NCBI GenBank assembly: GCA_963702095.1
Contig: OY969706.1
Span: 864,001-928,000 of the forward strand
Direction of reading: 5' to 3'
Length of the DNA stretch: 64,000 nt
From: Candidatus Bathyarchaeota archaeon
Lineage (GTDB): Archaea; Thermoproteota; Bathyarchaeia; Bathyarchaeales; Bathycorpusculaceae
A program made the position numbers and the translations under genes. The notes below the pieces were generated by a model. It was not told the origin of the DNA. It was given only the letters and a program-made list of their open reading frames with translations, and ran no database searches. This document shows, piece after piece, positions 9,860 through 19,686 of this stretch; position 1 is the first letter of the stretch; each line of letters begins with the position of its first letter.

Positions 9860-10843
9860 TTAAAGATTGATTTTGTTTTTATAGGCTTCTGAAATAGCCT
9901 CCAAATCCCTCAGCCCATCTAAACCAGTGGGTTGGGGGGGTTGGTCATTTTGCAGGCAATCCACGAAGTACTGCAACTCGTCAAAATGTGGCTGGTTGAA
10001 AGTGTTTATGCCTCTGGTCAACATCTGATAGGCATTGGCGACTGTAGGCGGGGTTGCATGCTGCACAGAAACATTTCGAACACTGCCCAAAACGTTGAGC
10101 CGCAGCAAGTATTCTTGGGAGTACCAGCCCACGTTGACAACTGCTAAGGTTCCTGAGTTGAAGCGGGCCAGCACCATGGCTGAATCCTCGAAATCCATGT
10201 TGTATCGGTAGCCGAATTGCCCCTTGATGGCGGTGATTTCGCCGAAGAGCATGCGTAACAAGTTGATTATGTGGCAGCCTAAGTCAACTAGTACTCCGCC
10301 GCCGGATCTGGCTGGGTCAAACCACCAGTCAGGCACAGGAGCAGGCGAGTGGCCGTCGGCTCGGTGCACAAAAGGCCCTGCACATACATAGGTTGCGAGG
10401 GCGTTTTCGACGTCTCCGACTAAGCCGTCTGCCATGTCCTGCTTGATCTTTTGGAAATGCCGATTAAACCTCATTGGATAACCCAGCATAAGCTTAACTT
10501 GGTTGCGCTGGGCAGAGGCGATTACTTTTCTTGCGTCTTCAACGGTGACGGCGATGGGTTTTTCGAGGAAAATGTCTTTATGGGCTTCAGCGGCCTGCTG
10601 GGCGCAGTCGAGGTGCAGATGAGTCGGCAGTGCAATTAGAACCGCGTCGATTTGGGGGTCCTTGAGCATTTCGCTGTAATTGGTGAAAGTTTTCTTTACC
10701 CCCCGTGCCTTGGCGCTCTCCAATGCCGACTTAGATGTGTCTGCAACAGCCGCAACTTCAGCGTTCTTAAGCATTAAGGCGTGTTTGAGGTGAAGTTGGC
10801 CGATGCCGCCGATTCCGACTATACCTAACTTTTCAGTATGCAC
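9860..10843 (-). CDS. Gfo/Idh/MocA oxidoreductase
   Basis: GIVGIGGIG, EKP and GGGVLVDLGCH motifs; GGAGG RBS before GTG at 10843. Confidence 0.9.
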   Translation of the reverse strand: MHTEKLGIVGIGGIGQLHLKHALMLKNAEVAAVADTSKSALESAKARGVKKTFTNYSEMLKDPQIDAVLIALPTHLHLDCAQQAAEAHKDIFLEKPIAVTVEDARKVIASAQRNQVKLMLGYPMRFNRHFQKIKQDMADGLVGDVENALATYVCAGPFVHRADGHSPAPVPDWWFDPARSGGGVLVDLGCHIINLLRMLFGEITAIKGQFGYRYNMDFEDSAMVLARFNSGTLAVVNVGWYSQEYLLRLNVLGSVRNVSVQHATPPTVANAYQMLTRGINTFNQPHFDELQYFVDCLQNDQPPQPTGLDGLRDLEAISEAYKNKINL

Positions 10844-10856
10844 AAATAATCCTCCC

Positions 10857-11760
10857 TTACTCCAGTCCCATTCGCCTGCCAAGCCCAACGGTCCGCAGGG
10901 TCTTCTTAAGTCTGGCCTTTGGCTTTCATTTTGGAGGTTACTTTGGGGTATATTGCCCTGAAAGCTTCGAGTGGCTCACCCTTTGCTACATAAGCGCGTT
11001 TGCCTACGCCTTCGCGTTCAGCAACTTCAAAATAGGGGATTTTAGCGGGGTTCAACCAGGCGATTTTTGCGGCGGCAACATCTACGGCGACAGGGTCAGT
11101 GGACGCCATTACTAAACCCATTTTTCGGGGTTGCACGCCTGCGCCGATGTTGTTGTCGATTAAGCAGAGGTCAAAAGGCATGGCTTTGTTCAATGCGACG
11201 ATAACGTTGCCTAGGTCGCTATGGTACACGAATTTTTTTTGGATTGGGTTGCAGCCAAAGATGTTTTTAAGTGCACAAGTAAGTTTGACGGGGTCTACAG
11301 TGTATTTTATGTGGGCTATGTTGATTTTTAAGTCGGCGTCGCCGATAGTGTTTGGCACATTAAAATCGTAGTTTTTGCCGTTGCATGTAACGCATACGTT
11401 GCGTGCTGGATCTTCGGTGAGGTTTATTAGTCGCACGTTTTTTTCTTGCGCGAGCTTCTCGTAACCTAACATTCTAAAAGCGTATTTGCATCGCATAGCC
11501 GAAGCATCCGACTCCACAACCGCAATGTCGATGTCAGGCGAGATTTCCATCCGCAGCAAATCAATCAGCGCCGCCACAAACTGGGGCTCAGTGGTTTGCC
11601 CAGTGGTGCAGTCCCAGTAATAGCACAGGTTAGGTTTAATCACAACCCTCTGTGCATCTGCGGGGAAGCTATAGCCGATTAGGTTTAGCGATTGCGTAAT
11701 CGCATCCTTAAACGGGGAATCGGTTAGGCTGGATATTTTAACTAAGCTTACAAGACTCAT
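10857..11760 (-). CDS. DUF362 family protein (probable 1-nt frameshift near 10920)
   Basis: VIKPNL, TTEP, ALKNIFG and DPVAVD motifs. ORF track ends at 10906, but a shifted frame KARLKKTLRTVGLGRRMGLE* ends at 10857 next to the downstream RBS. Confidence 0.8.
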
Positions 11761-11797
11761 AACCCAAACTTTCCTGGTTTGATAGAAGCAACTGAAA

Positions 11798-13435
11798 TTA
11801 ACTGAAGGCAGAAGCAACGGATTCTTTGAAGTTACCTATAAACTGCCTGCCTCTTCTAAGACTATCTATTTTCGTGAAGGCAGACATAAGGTTTTTGGCT
11901 TGAGCTCCAATCGCCTCAGTCCTAGGCAGGTACTTGCCATAAACGCGGATTAAACGCGCAAGAGTATACTCTGGCAACTCGTTTGACAGCATCTGGGAAC
12001 TAAGGTATTCCCAGTAAACATCAGTGTAATCGGTTTGCTCCAAAGGAATCATGGGCGAATGCAGTGCATGCTGAGAAGGCAAAGACTGCAACACTGCGTT
12101 AAGGTAAGTGTTCCAGCCTGGTGGGCAATGCTCATGTTCAATGTTTTCCCTGACTAAACCCGCTATGGCTCTCTCCCGTTCCAAGTGACTGTAGTCGGCT
12201 GCCCACTCAAGAGTTTCAGTGAAGCCCTCAAGCGAAGACTTATGCACCTTAAAATTCGCAAATCCAACGTCGTCTTCGAGGCTTAGATGCGGCAACTCTT
12301 TGAGGTGCAATCCCACGATGGGTAAATTATGCATTGCAGCTTCCAACATCGAGGTTCCGCTGCCACAGGGAAAACTCACCACATACACATCTGCTGCGGC
12401 ATAAAAGTTCTCCAGCATATCCCGGTCCACAACACCCAACGCTTGGATTCTGCCCTCTACCTGCTGGGAAGCCTCTTGCCAGCGGCCTTCAGACGAGGGT
12501 CCAGCCGCCACTAACCGCACGTTAGAATGTGACTTAAGAAAATCAACCATAACATTAAGGAAATCGTAATTGCCAAAAGGGTAAAACTTCTCTGCCCGCC
12601 CCACTGTCAGCATAATTACGTCTTTGTCGCCGAAACCCAGTTGTTGGCGAACGCTGGACCTTATGGGGGCAGAGTCGTTTCTTATTAAGGGAATGGGTAG
12701 CAGCCGTGAGTCGATGATGCCTCTGCGTTTGGCGTTTAGTAATCCTGCGCTGGAGTGGTAATCCACGGTGATGTCGGCGACGCTGCTGCCCAGCCAAAAA
12801 GCATGGTCAGCGTGGTTGCAGAAGATGACGGGTGGTCCCCCGTCTACTCCGAAAGCCACAGAGGGCACGGGGTCAAAGGGGTGAACCAGCAAGACAATTA
12901 TGTCTGCCCAGTTCTGGGCAAGCAAACGCAGCAGAAGAGACTGCTCCACTAGACTGTCTGAGAGTTCACTTAGGGAGCATGTCCAGCCACCGCATGAACC
13001 GACGGCATCCCAAAGCAGAGGCGGAAGCTCACCGTTTTGGGCAGTGGTTATTATGCTGTGAACCGAGTTTTCCAAGGTGTTACTTATCCATCTAGCCACG
13101 AAGGGAGTGTGGCCGCCTGACCCGTAGCTTTCAGTTAAAACATGCAGTAAACGCATTTTGCCAAAGTTTTTAGGTTTGGTTTTAAGGAAAAAAGCACCTG
13201 TGACTTCAGGCGGATCCGCTTCTACCCGCTGTGCCACTTCAAGGAGGAGGCTCTCCAGTTTCGGACTCATGTAAACGCCTGGATGCCGAACAAAGGCGAA
13301 GTGCGCTGCGATCTTGGACCAAGCCATAACCGCTTCTAAATGGTTTTTTGTAAGGGCTTCGCTTGCTTTTTCCACTGTCTTCTGGAATATCCTTCGATTT
13401 TCCTGTATTTGCGGATTTAGAAGTTGCTGAGACAA
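11798..13435 (-). CDS. GT4-like (GT-B) glycosyltransferase
   Basis: HVLTESYGSGGH, TVGRAEK and ADVYVVSFP.GSGTSMLEA motifs. Confidence 0.8.
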   Translation of the reverse strand: MSQQLLNPQIQENRRIFQKTVEKASEALTKNHLEAVMAWSKIAAHFAFVRHPGVYMSPKLESLLLEVAQRVEADPPEVTGAFFLKTKPKNFGKMRLLHVLTESYGSGGHTPFVARWISNTLENSVHSIITTAQNGELPPLLWDAVGSCGGWTCSLSELSDSLVEQSLLLRLLAQNWADIIVLLVHPFDPVPSVAFGVDGGPPVIFCNHADHAFWLGSSVADITVDYHSSAGLLNAKRRGIIDSRLLPIPLIRNDSAPIRSSVRQQLGFGDKDVIMLTVGRAEKFYPFGNYDFLNVMVDFLKSHSNVRLVAAGPSSEGRWQEASQQVEGRIQALGVVDRDMLENFYAAADVYVVSFPCGSGTSMLEAAMHNLPIVGLHLKELPHLSLEDDVGFANFKVHKSSLEGFTETLEWAADYSHLERERAIAGLVRENIEHEHCPPGWNTYLNAVLQSLPSQHALHSPMIPLEQTDYTDVYWEYLSSQMLSNELPEYTLARLIRVYGKYLPRTEAIGAQAKNLMSAFTKIDSLRRGRQFIGNFKESVASAFS

Positions 13436-13467
13436 AAAGACACTTCGCTACAGACACAATGATTGTG

Positions 13468-14415
13468 TTATTCGGAGCTAAAACGCATAAGGACAGAGGA
13501 CATTTTCTGGTAGCAGTCTCCTAGAAACGCTCCAAAACAGCCGTCTCCGCCCGTTAACGCCAACGACAAGAAAAGGAAGCTGTTTGCTCGGGGAGGGTTT
13601 ATGCGGAGGGCTTTTAGGTAGTAGTGTTTAGCCAACGATTTTTGATGGAGACCCGCATAGGCGTGGCCAATCTTGTAGTGTATGTCAGCTAGAGAGCGCT
13701 GACTGATTTGTCCCCCATATTCTTCAAGGAAGTGGTTTCTTAGCAGAATCCTTTCTTTAAACCATACCTGCTCATTTTTGGAGGTGATGTTCTGTCCGTG
13801 AACGCGGTAATAGGCTAAGGGTGCATTCAAAAAAACAAATTCGTGTTCTTTAGCTAAATCGACAAAGAACTGGTGGTCAGCGACCAACTGTAGATTCTCA
13901 TTAAAAGCCACTTCCCTAGCAAACTCTGTTTTAAGCAGTGCGCTCTGTCCAAACACGAAATCTTCCCGCAAAAGCTCCTGAAAAAGGTTTCCGCTTTTTC
14001 TTTTGGGGCTTAACTGATGCTCCGTAACATTTTGCTCCATGAAAACGCCTTGGCTGTCGATTATTTTTCCTTCAGACCAAACAATGCAGTCTTCATAGCG
14101 TTCGATTACGCCAAGTTGCTTCTCGAGTTTATCTGGGAACCAGCCGTCGTCTGACCCCACGAAAGAAACGTATTTGCCATGTGCTTGCCTTAAACAGTCG
14201 TTTAGGGTTTTTGAGATGCCCATGTTTTTTTTATGAAAAAACGCTTTGACACGCGGGTCTTTGGCTTGGTATGTTTCAATTATTGTTTTTGAGTTATCGG
14301 TTGAGGCATCATCAACTACGATTAATTCGAGGTCGCTAAATGTTTGGTCAAGGACGCTTTGCATGGCTTGTGCAAGGTATTTTTCGTGGTTGTAGGAGCC
14401 CATTAACACGCTCAC
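13468..14415 (-). CDS. GT2 glycosyltransferase with C-terminal TPR-like helix
   Basis: SYNHEKYL..SVLDQTF, VVDDASTD and DD motifs; C-terminal YKIGHAY..ALRINP. Confidence 0.9.
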   Translation of the reverse strand: MSVLMGSYNHEKYLAQAMQSVLDQTFSDLELIVVDDASTDNSKTIIETYQAKDPRVKAFFHKKNMGISKTLNDCLRQAHGKYVSFVGSDDGWFPDKLEKQLGVIERYEDCIVWSEGKIIDSQGVFMEQNVTEHQLSPKRKSGNLFQELLREDFVFGQSALLKTEFAREVAFNENLQLVADHQFFVDLAKEHEFVFLNAPLAYYRVHGQNITSKNEQVWFKERILLRNHFLEEYGGQISQRSLADIHYKIGHAYAGLHQKSLAKHYYLKALRINPPRANSFLFLSLALTGGDGCFGAFLGDCYQKMSSVLMRFSSE

Positions 14416-14526
14416 TAAAACCAGTCTAATTCACCAGTTAACATAGAATCGATTCAATATATGAATGGTTATGGAAGACAGATACGGTGCGCCTCTAATC
14501 GTGAATCAAGTTTTGGTCGGTTCGCT

Positions 14527-14661
14527 TTTTTCTTTAGTTGTTGTTGCCGAGAACCGCTTATACACAACAACAACCAGCCGGCTGTGTAGGGCGTTGTATT
14601 TTGGTACAGGCTTCCACTTCAGGTTGCAGGCTGATTGTGCCGACTTCTGCAAGCAGAACAG
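14527..14661 (-). repeat. Dispersed 135-nt repeat, copy 2 (subfamily B)
   Basis: Minus strand CTGTTCTGCTTGCAGA..CAATCAGCCTGCAAC...CGGCTGGTTGTTGTTGTGTATA...CAACAACAACTAAAGAAAAA. Confidence 0.8.
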
Positions 14662-14682
14662 CAATTTTGATCTATGTAGAGT

Positions 14683-15639
14683 TTAGAGGGTAATCTTGTA
14701 GGCATCGTACATGACTGCGCTTGCCCCAAAATTCTCTTTACGCTTAATCAACCCCACATTAAGCACTGCGCCCTGCTGCTCGGTTGAAATGCCGAAGTCA
14801 AAGTATTTTTTGCCTTGGTAGTGCTGGTTGATTAGGTAGTCTTCGATGAGGTCCTGTGCGCCGATGCTCCAGCCTTCTTTTGAGTTGGCGCCGTACTGCA
14901 TGTGAACCACGTTTTGACTTTCATACATGATAACGCCGGCAAGCATAGTGTCGTCTTTGAAGGAACCGAACAGCTTTATGTTGTCTGGAAACCTGTCCGC
15001 TAAAAGCTTAATCTCCTCGGCAGAGTGCACTGGTTTAACTCCATGCCGCTCAACCAGCACCTCCTCCTCAATCCGCATGAAAGTATCAAAATCCCTCGAT
15101 TCCTTCACGGTTAAGCCGTGTTTTTTGGCTTTTCTTAGGTTGTCCTTTCGGTTGTTGTCAAAGCCTCTTGCGTTGGGCAAATAGATTGCTGAGGATACGT
15201 TTCTTGCTTTGAGTTTGGCATTGAGTTTGAAGAGGGCGTAGAGGTCTTCGTCGGCGGGGCTTGAATGGTAGATGTGGGGGATTGGTTTGTAGGTTACAGT
15301 GGCGATGCCTATCTTGCGGCAATGTCCTGCGAGGGCGTCGAAGACACTTAGCATAAGCGGAGTCTTCATTTTGAAATCAGAGATTACGCCACCAAAAGTT
15401 AAGCCGCCATGGCAAAACAGCGCATCGCCATCCAAATTCGCAGGTAGTAGCGCAACGAGTTTGTCGCCATCATAAAATATTAGGGAATGGTCCTTGAAAC
15501 GGTCGGCATGATATTCCATGTAATCCCGATAAAAGAGGAAAACACCGTTTTTAGAGCCGGAAACAAACTTGTCCCACATTGCCTTGTGCTGAGGCTCATA
15601 TAGTGAAACATGCAAGGCGCAGCTGTCTGGGCTGGTCAA
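14683..15639 (-). CDS. GNAT/FemAB-like acyltransferase of sugar-modification loci
   Basis: FLFYRDYMEYHADRF, HGGLTFGG and FDFGISTE..KENFGA motifs. Confidence 0.8.
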   Translation of the reverse strand: MTSPDSCALHVSLYEPQHKAMWDKFVSGSKNGVFLFYRDYMEYHADRFKDHSLIFYDGDKLVALLPANLDGDALFCHGGLTFGGVISDFKMKTPLMLSVFDALAGHCRKIGIATVTYKPIPHIYHSSPADEDLYALFKLNAKLKARNVSSAIYLPNARGFDNNRKDNLRKAKKHGLTVKESRDFDTFMRIEEEVLVERHGVKPVHSAEEIKLLADRFPDNIKLFGSFKDDTMLAGVIMYESQNVVHMQYGANSKEGWSIGAQDLIEDYLINQHYQGKKYFDFGISTEQQGAVLNVGLIKRKENFGASAVMYDAYKITL

Positions 15640-16304
15640 ATGGTTTCTTCCCCCGAAATGAACCGCTCCATAGTTTTGCCCGGTAACGGCTTAGCAGGGT
15701 TCCCAACATAAACTTGGCCGCCGACCACATCCCCGAGTACCACCGCGCCTGCGCCGACAACGCAGTCCCTTCCGACGTGGACTTGGTCTCTGAGGCAACT
15801 GTTAACGCCCAGAAAAGAGCATTCTCCAATTTCGCAGAACCCTGAAACTGCCACATGAGATGCCAAAAAACAGTTGTCCCCGACGGTTGAGCGGTGGCAG
15901 ATTGAGCTGCCGCTCCAGACGGTGACGTTGTTACCGATTTTTGCGCCATGCTGCACGGTGACGTTTTCGAGGATGAAGCAGTTGTCGCCGATTTCCACAT
16001 TGTGTGCGATGGCGGCATGAGGGCTTATGTATGAGTGGAGGGTGTAGCCTTTGGCTTTGGCTAATCCGTAGAGTTTGCTTCGGAGCCTGTTTAGCTGGGT
16101 GTAGGAGACTGCGATGAAGGCGCGGCAGTCTTTGGGGTCAAAGTGCCGTTGGATGTCTTCGAAAGCCACAACTGGCAAACCAAACAGGGACTCGTTTTTG
16201 AGGAACGCTTTTTCGACGCTAAAACCAACCACGTTGTAGCTTGATTGTTCAGTGAAGTAGGCGTAGGCTAACGCTGCTGTTTCGCCGTCGCCAACGATAA
16301 CCAA
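15636..16304 (-). CDS. NeuD/PglD-family sugar acetyltransferase (hexapeptide repeats)
   Basis: LVIVGDG N-domain, left-handed beta-helix repeats, VGNPAK; start placed at the TTG just after the upstream stop (uncertain). Confidence 0.85.
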   Translation of the reverse strand: MVIVGDGETAALAYAYFTEQSSYNVVGFSVEKAFLKNESLFGLPVVAFEDIQRHFDPKDCRAFIAVSYTQLNRLRSKLYGLAKAKGYTLHSYISPHAAIAHNVEIGDNCFILENVTVQHGAKIGNNVTVWSGSSICHRSTVGDNCFLASHVAVSGFCEIGECSFLGVNSCLRDQVHVGRDCVVGAGAVVLGDVVGGQVYVGNPAKPLPGKTMERFISGEETI

Positions 16305-16311
16305 TTTCTCT

Positions 16312-16746
16312 TTATTTCCAACCGTTTTGAACCCACCCTTTGAAGACGTCATAGTCACGCAGGTAATCAGATTCATCGTAGATTTGGCTGACCAAGGAGA
16401 GCGCAACCGAATTTGAGGAAAAGTTTTCGAGTTCCCGCCAAATCCTCGGAGGAATGTAGAGGCCATAGTGGGGGCGGTTGAGGAAAAACTTGGTTCGGCT
16501 AAAACCGTCGTCGAGGAGCACGTCGAAGCTGCCGCTTAATGCGATGACCATTTGGTGGAGTTCTTTGTGGGCATGTCCGCCGCGGGTGGCGCCGCTTGGC
16601 ACATCATAGAGGTAGTAGACGCGTTTGATTGGGAAAGGGATTTGCCTGTTTTCCTCTATGAAGGAGAGGTTGCCCCTGTAATCGGTGACCTTGGGGAAAT
16701 TGACGATTTTGCAGTCTTTTAGGTTGCCGCATTGTTCAACCTGCAA
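16312..16746 (-). CDS. fdtA: FdtA/QdtA-family dTDP-4-keto-6-deoxyhexose 3,4-isomerase (cupin)
   Basis: DYRGNL, IKRVYYLYDVP, RGGHAH and YDESDYLRDY motifs. Confidence 0.85.
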   Translation of the reverse strand: MQVEQCGNLKDCKIVNFPKVTDYRGNLSFIEENRQIPFPIKRVYYLYDVPSGATRGGHAHKELHQMVIALSGSFDVLLDDGFSRTKFFLNRPHYGLYIPPRIWRELENFSSNSVALSLVSQIYDESDYLRDYDVFKGWVQNGWK

Positions 16747-16749
16747 ACT

Positions 16750-17862
16750 TTAACCTCCATTTTCAGTCGCTTTCCTATCAGCCGAAACTGCCTTCTCATA
16801 GTCGCCTACCGCAAACAGAAACGAGTTATCGCTTAGCTTGGACGGAAACAGGTAGAGAGCGGTGGGCAAGTGGATTCGGACGAATTTTTCTTTGAGTGCA
16901 TCTGGCGAAACCTTGGTTTTGCTCCAGTGGGCGACCCTGTTCCGCCACAGAAAACCCATGTTTCGCAGCGTCCAGGTGAAGCTGTGGATGTTGGCGCGGA
17001 TTACACCTAAATTCCGTTTTCTAAGCGCGTAGACGGTGTGGATCAGCGAATAGATAAAGTTGACGAAGGAGGCTTTGGCTAATTCTCCTAAGTGGTAGTA
17101 CACGTCGAATAAGAGGCAGGTTTTGGCTCTCTGCAAATTAAACGTGGTGTTCTCAACGTTCCAGGCGGCGGATGCACCCAGAATATGGCGTATCTTTGAG
17201 TTCTCCACGGTTACGACGCGGCGGTTTGCCAGCCACACCTTAAACGAGAGCAATGTGTCGTCGTAGAAGAAGGGGATTCGCTCATCGAACAAACCAATCT
17301 CATCGATTAATGCTCGGGGTGCGATCATGCTGGCGCCTGAAGCCACCGAAACTTCAAAGACCGATTGGAATTTGAGGCTGCTGGTCTTGTTTTGCCCCAG
17401 CGGATGCTTACGGACCAAGTAGTTGCTAAAAACCCAGCCGCCGATCTGGATTTTCTCGGTGTCCATATTTAAAATTTTGCTCTGCGCCAAACCGATGGTG
17501 GGGTCGTTCTGCAGGGCGTTGACCAGCTCCAAGAGCCAGTTCTCGTCGACCACGGTGTCGTTGTTTAGGAAAACCAGGTATTCGCCCTTGGATTGCTGGT
17601 AACCTATGTTGTTGCCGCCGCTAAAACCCAAGTTCAGGGCGTTTCGGATTACTCTTAGGTGGGGGTCGCCGCCGAAAACACGTTCTGCCTCAGCCATGCT
17701 GGCGTCGGTTGAGGCGTTGTCGACTAAGACTACTTCATAGTTCGTGTACCTGTTCTTTAAAACTGAGTTTAAGCAGTTGGAGAGGTATTTTTCGCCGTTG
17801 TAGTTGAGGATGATTACTGAAACAAATGGTGTATCGGTCAAAAAGACAGACTCTACCTCCAA
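16750..17862 (-). CDS. GT2 glycosyltransferase
   Basis: VSVIILNYNG, VDNASTD, NLGFSGGNN and LNNDT motifs. Confidence 0.9.
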   Translation of the reverse strand: MEVESVFLTDTPFVSVIILNYNGEKYLSNCLNSVLKNRYTNYEVVLVDNASTDASMAEAERVFGGDPHLRVIRNALNLGFSGGNNIGYQQSKGEYLVFLNNDTVVDENWLLELVNALQNDPTIGLAQSKILNMDTEKIQIGGWVFSNYLVRKHPLGQNKTSSLKFQSVFEVSVASGASMIAPRALIDEIGLFDERIPFFYDDTLLSFKVWLANRRVVTVENSKIRHILGASAAWNVENTTFNLQRAKTCLLFDVYYHLGELAKASFVNFIYSLIHTVYALRKRNLGVIRANIHSFTWTLRNMGFLWRNRVAHWSKTKVSPDALKEKFVRIHLPTALYLFPSKLSDNSFLFAVGDYEKAVSADRKATENGG

Positions 17863-18944
17863 AAGTCGGGTTTCTCCGTGGGGGACTGCGGCTTGTTTTT
17901 CTTGAGTTTAGCGAGGTCAGTTAGCGGCGAATAGGGGGCGCCCATCTTTTTGTAGAGCATCCATTTCGCGCCGATTACGTTGCCAAGCAGTATCCCCTCC
18001 ACTTTACGCAGACTATAGGGCAAGTCCGAACGCAAATTCTTCAAACTGAGAATAATACGAAGCAAGTCGGATTCGATTTTGCTGACTAAGGAGAGTTTGG
18101 GTTCGTCGCCGTATAAACGGTAGAAAAGCAGTTCCGCTTCAACAGCCCACAACAGATCAGTGCGGGGTTTTAGGTAGTCTCGGCTCGACGTTCTTCCATG
18201 GACGATATGGTAAACTTTCACGTTGGGACTATAAATCAGACGTAGACCCTGCCGCCACAACTGCCACCCCAAAACCATCTCCCAAGCGCAACCCAAAATC
18301 CACTCGCCCGGCAAATCAATGGCTCGTAACACGTCGCCTTCAATGGCCATTGAAGGTCCACGTAGCAAGGCTTTGGTTGCGCCGTGTTTGCGCCAGTATG
18401 CGTTGTTGCCGCGTTCATAGACAAAGCCTGAGTCGGCAATGCTGTTCTTGTAGTCTTCTAATCCTTGCAATGGGCGTCCGAAGAGCGCAAATTCGCGGTT
18501 GGAGTAGGCGGTGGGAGCTTCGGTTTCCTCTACGATTTGCATTCCATCATTTTTGAGGAGCACAGGGTACGAGTCGCCGGTGACTGCGGAGACGTTGGAT
18601 ACGCGGAAGGTTTTGACGGTTTCTTCTAGCCAGTTGTCGGCGGGGATGGCGTCGTCGTCGAGGAACGCTACGATGTCGCCGGTGGTGTGTTTGACTCCTA
18701 AAAAGTATGCATCGACGATGTGGCCTGTGGTTTGATTGACCACGGTGAGTTTGAGGCGGCTCGACGCTTCTCTGAGTAGGTCGTCGGTGCCGTCGCCTGA
18801 AGGTTTAACAACGAATACAACGTCGAAGTCCCGGTAGGTTTGGCGGTTCAGCGCTGCAATCATGTGTGGAAGGAGGTCAGCCCTCTTGTGGGTGGGAATA
18901 ACCACAGTCACCCAGATTTTTCGAGAGGAGACAGCTCCATTCAT
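17853..18944 (-). CDS. GT2 glycosyltransferase
   Basis: VVIPTHKR and VAFLDDDA motifs; start moved to ATG 18944 to avoid overlap. Confidence 0.85.
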   Translation of the reverse strand: MNGAVSSRKIWVTVVIPTHKRADLLPHMIAALNRQTYRDFDVVFVVKPSGDGTDDLLREASSRLKLTVVNQTTGHIVDAYFLGVKHTTGDIVAFLDDDAIPADNWLEETVKTFRVSNVSAVTGDSYPVLLKNDGMQIVEETEAPTAYSNREFALFGRPLQGLEDYKNSIADSGFVYERGNNAYWRKHGATKALLRGPSMAIEGDVLRAIDLPGEWILGCAWEMVLGWQLWRQGLRLIYSPNVKVYHIVHGRTSSRDYLKPRTDLLWAVEAELLFYRLYGDEPKLSLVSKIESDLLRIILSLKNLRSDLPYSLRKVEGILLGNVIGAKWMLYKKMGAPYSPLTDLAKLKKNKPQSPTEKPDFWR

Positions 18945-18949
18945 TCGTT

Positions 18950-19663
18950 TTACCTGTTGGGATGTTTCAAAAACACTTCTTCCTTGTTGAGCCACTTGAC
19001 TAAGTCAAGGTACTTCTCGTATCTGCGGTTACGCGTCGAATCGTAAACGTGGACTTCTTTAGCGTAGTCTTCGACGTAAACGTTGCCTGAGACTTCATTG
19101 TAGGGTTTACAGGAAAAGAAAATTTTGTGGAAGTAGGGCAATTTTTGGTATCTCTCCAGCAGTTCTTCGCTGAATTCTTCGCCGTCAGAGAACACAACAA
19201 ACAAGTTGTCTCTGTTAAGCCGTTTTAGTCGTCTGTTCCATTTTTCAGCTGCTTCCGCTTCGGTTTTGTAATGCATAAAGTGGATTTCAACGTCGCTGCC
19301 TAAGACTCCGATGGGGTAGCGGCGATGGGTCATCTGAAAATGCTTCTTTGCCATGGTATGGTTGGTTTCAGTTTTAAACGTCAACGGCTGTTTTAGGTAG
19401 TAGTCGAGGTTTTCGAGCAGTCTGAGGTAGTCTTCGGGGTAAATGTAGGTCCAAATCGTCGGTGTATTGTAGGGTAAACCGAATTTGTGGTACATGCCGC
19501 CGGCGAAGCAGTTGTTGCCTATGATTGAGAAATCTTTGCTTTTGAGTTTTGACCGGGGAATCGCCGAAAAAAACTTGTCGACAATACGCCATTTGATGGT
19601 GGATTCGATTGTGTCTCGGTTTAATGCCGCTTTTAAGAAGCCTTTGATAGTCAATAAGTTCAC
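18950..19663 (-). CDS. DUF1919 family protein (polysaccharide loci)
   Basis: FSIIGNNCFAG, YPIG.L.DVEIHFMHY and KWNRR motifs. Confidence 0.85.
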   Translation of the reverse strand: MNLLTIKGFLKAALNRDTIESTIKWRIVDKFFSAIPRSKLKSKDFSIIGNNCFAGGMYHKFGLPYNTPTIWTYIYPEDYLRLLENLDYYLKQPLTFKTETNHTMAKKHFQMTHRRYPIGVLGSDVEIHFMHYKTEAEAAEKWNRRLKRLNRDNLFVVFSDGEEFSEELLERYQKLPYFHKIFFSCKPYNEVSGNVYVEDYAKEVHVYDSTRNRRYEKYLDLVKWLNKEEVFLKHPNR

Positions 19664-19686
19664 CCCAAGCGGTGATTTAAACGTTT

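Noticed and set aside
14465-14686. ORFs overlapping repeat copies (14465..14686, 28697..28888, 40564..40758)
   Set aside because: Different strands and frames relative to the element and no shared peptide, so likely spurious.
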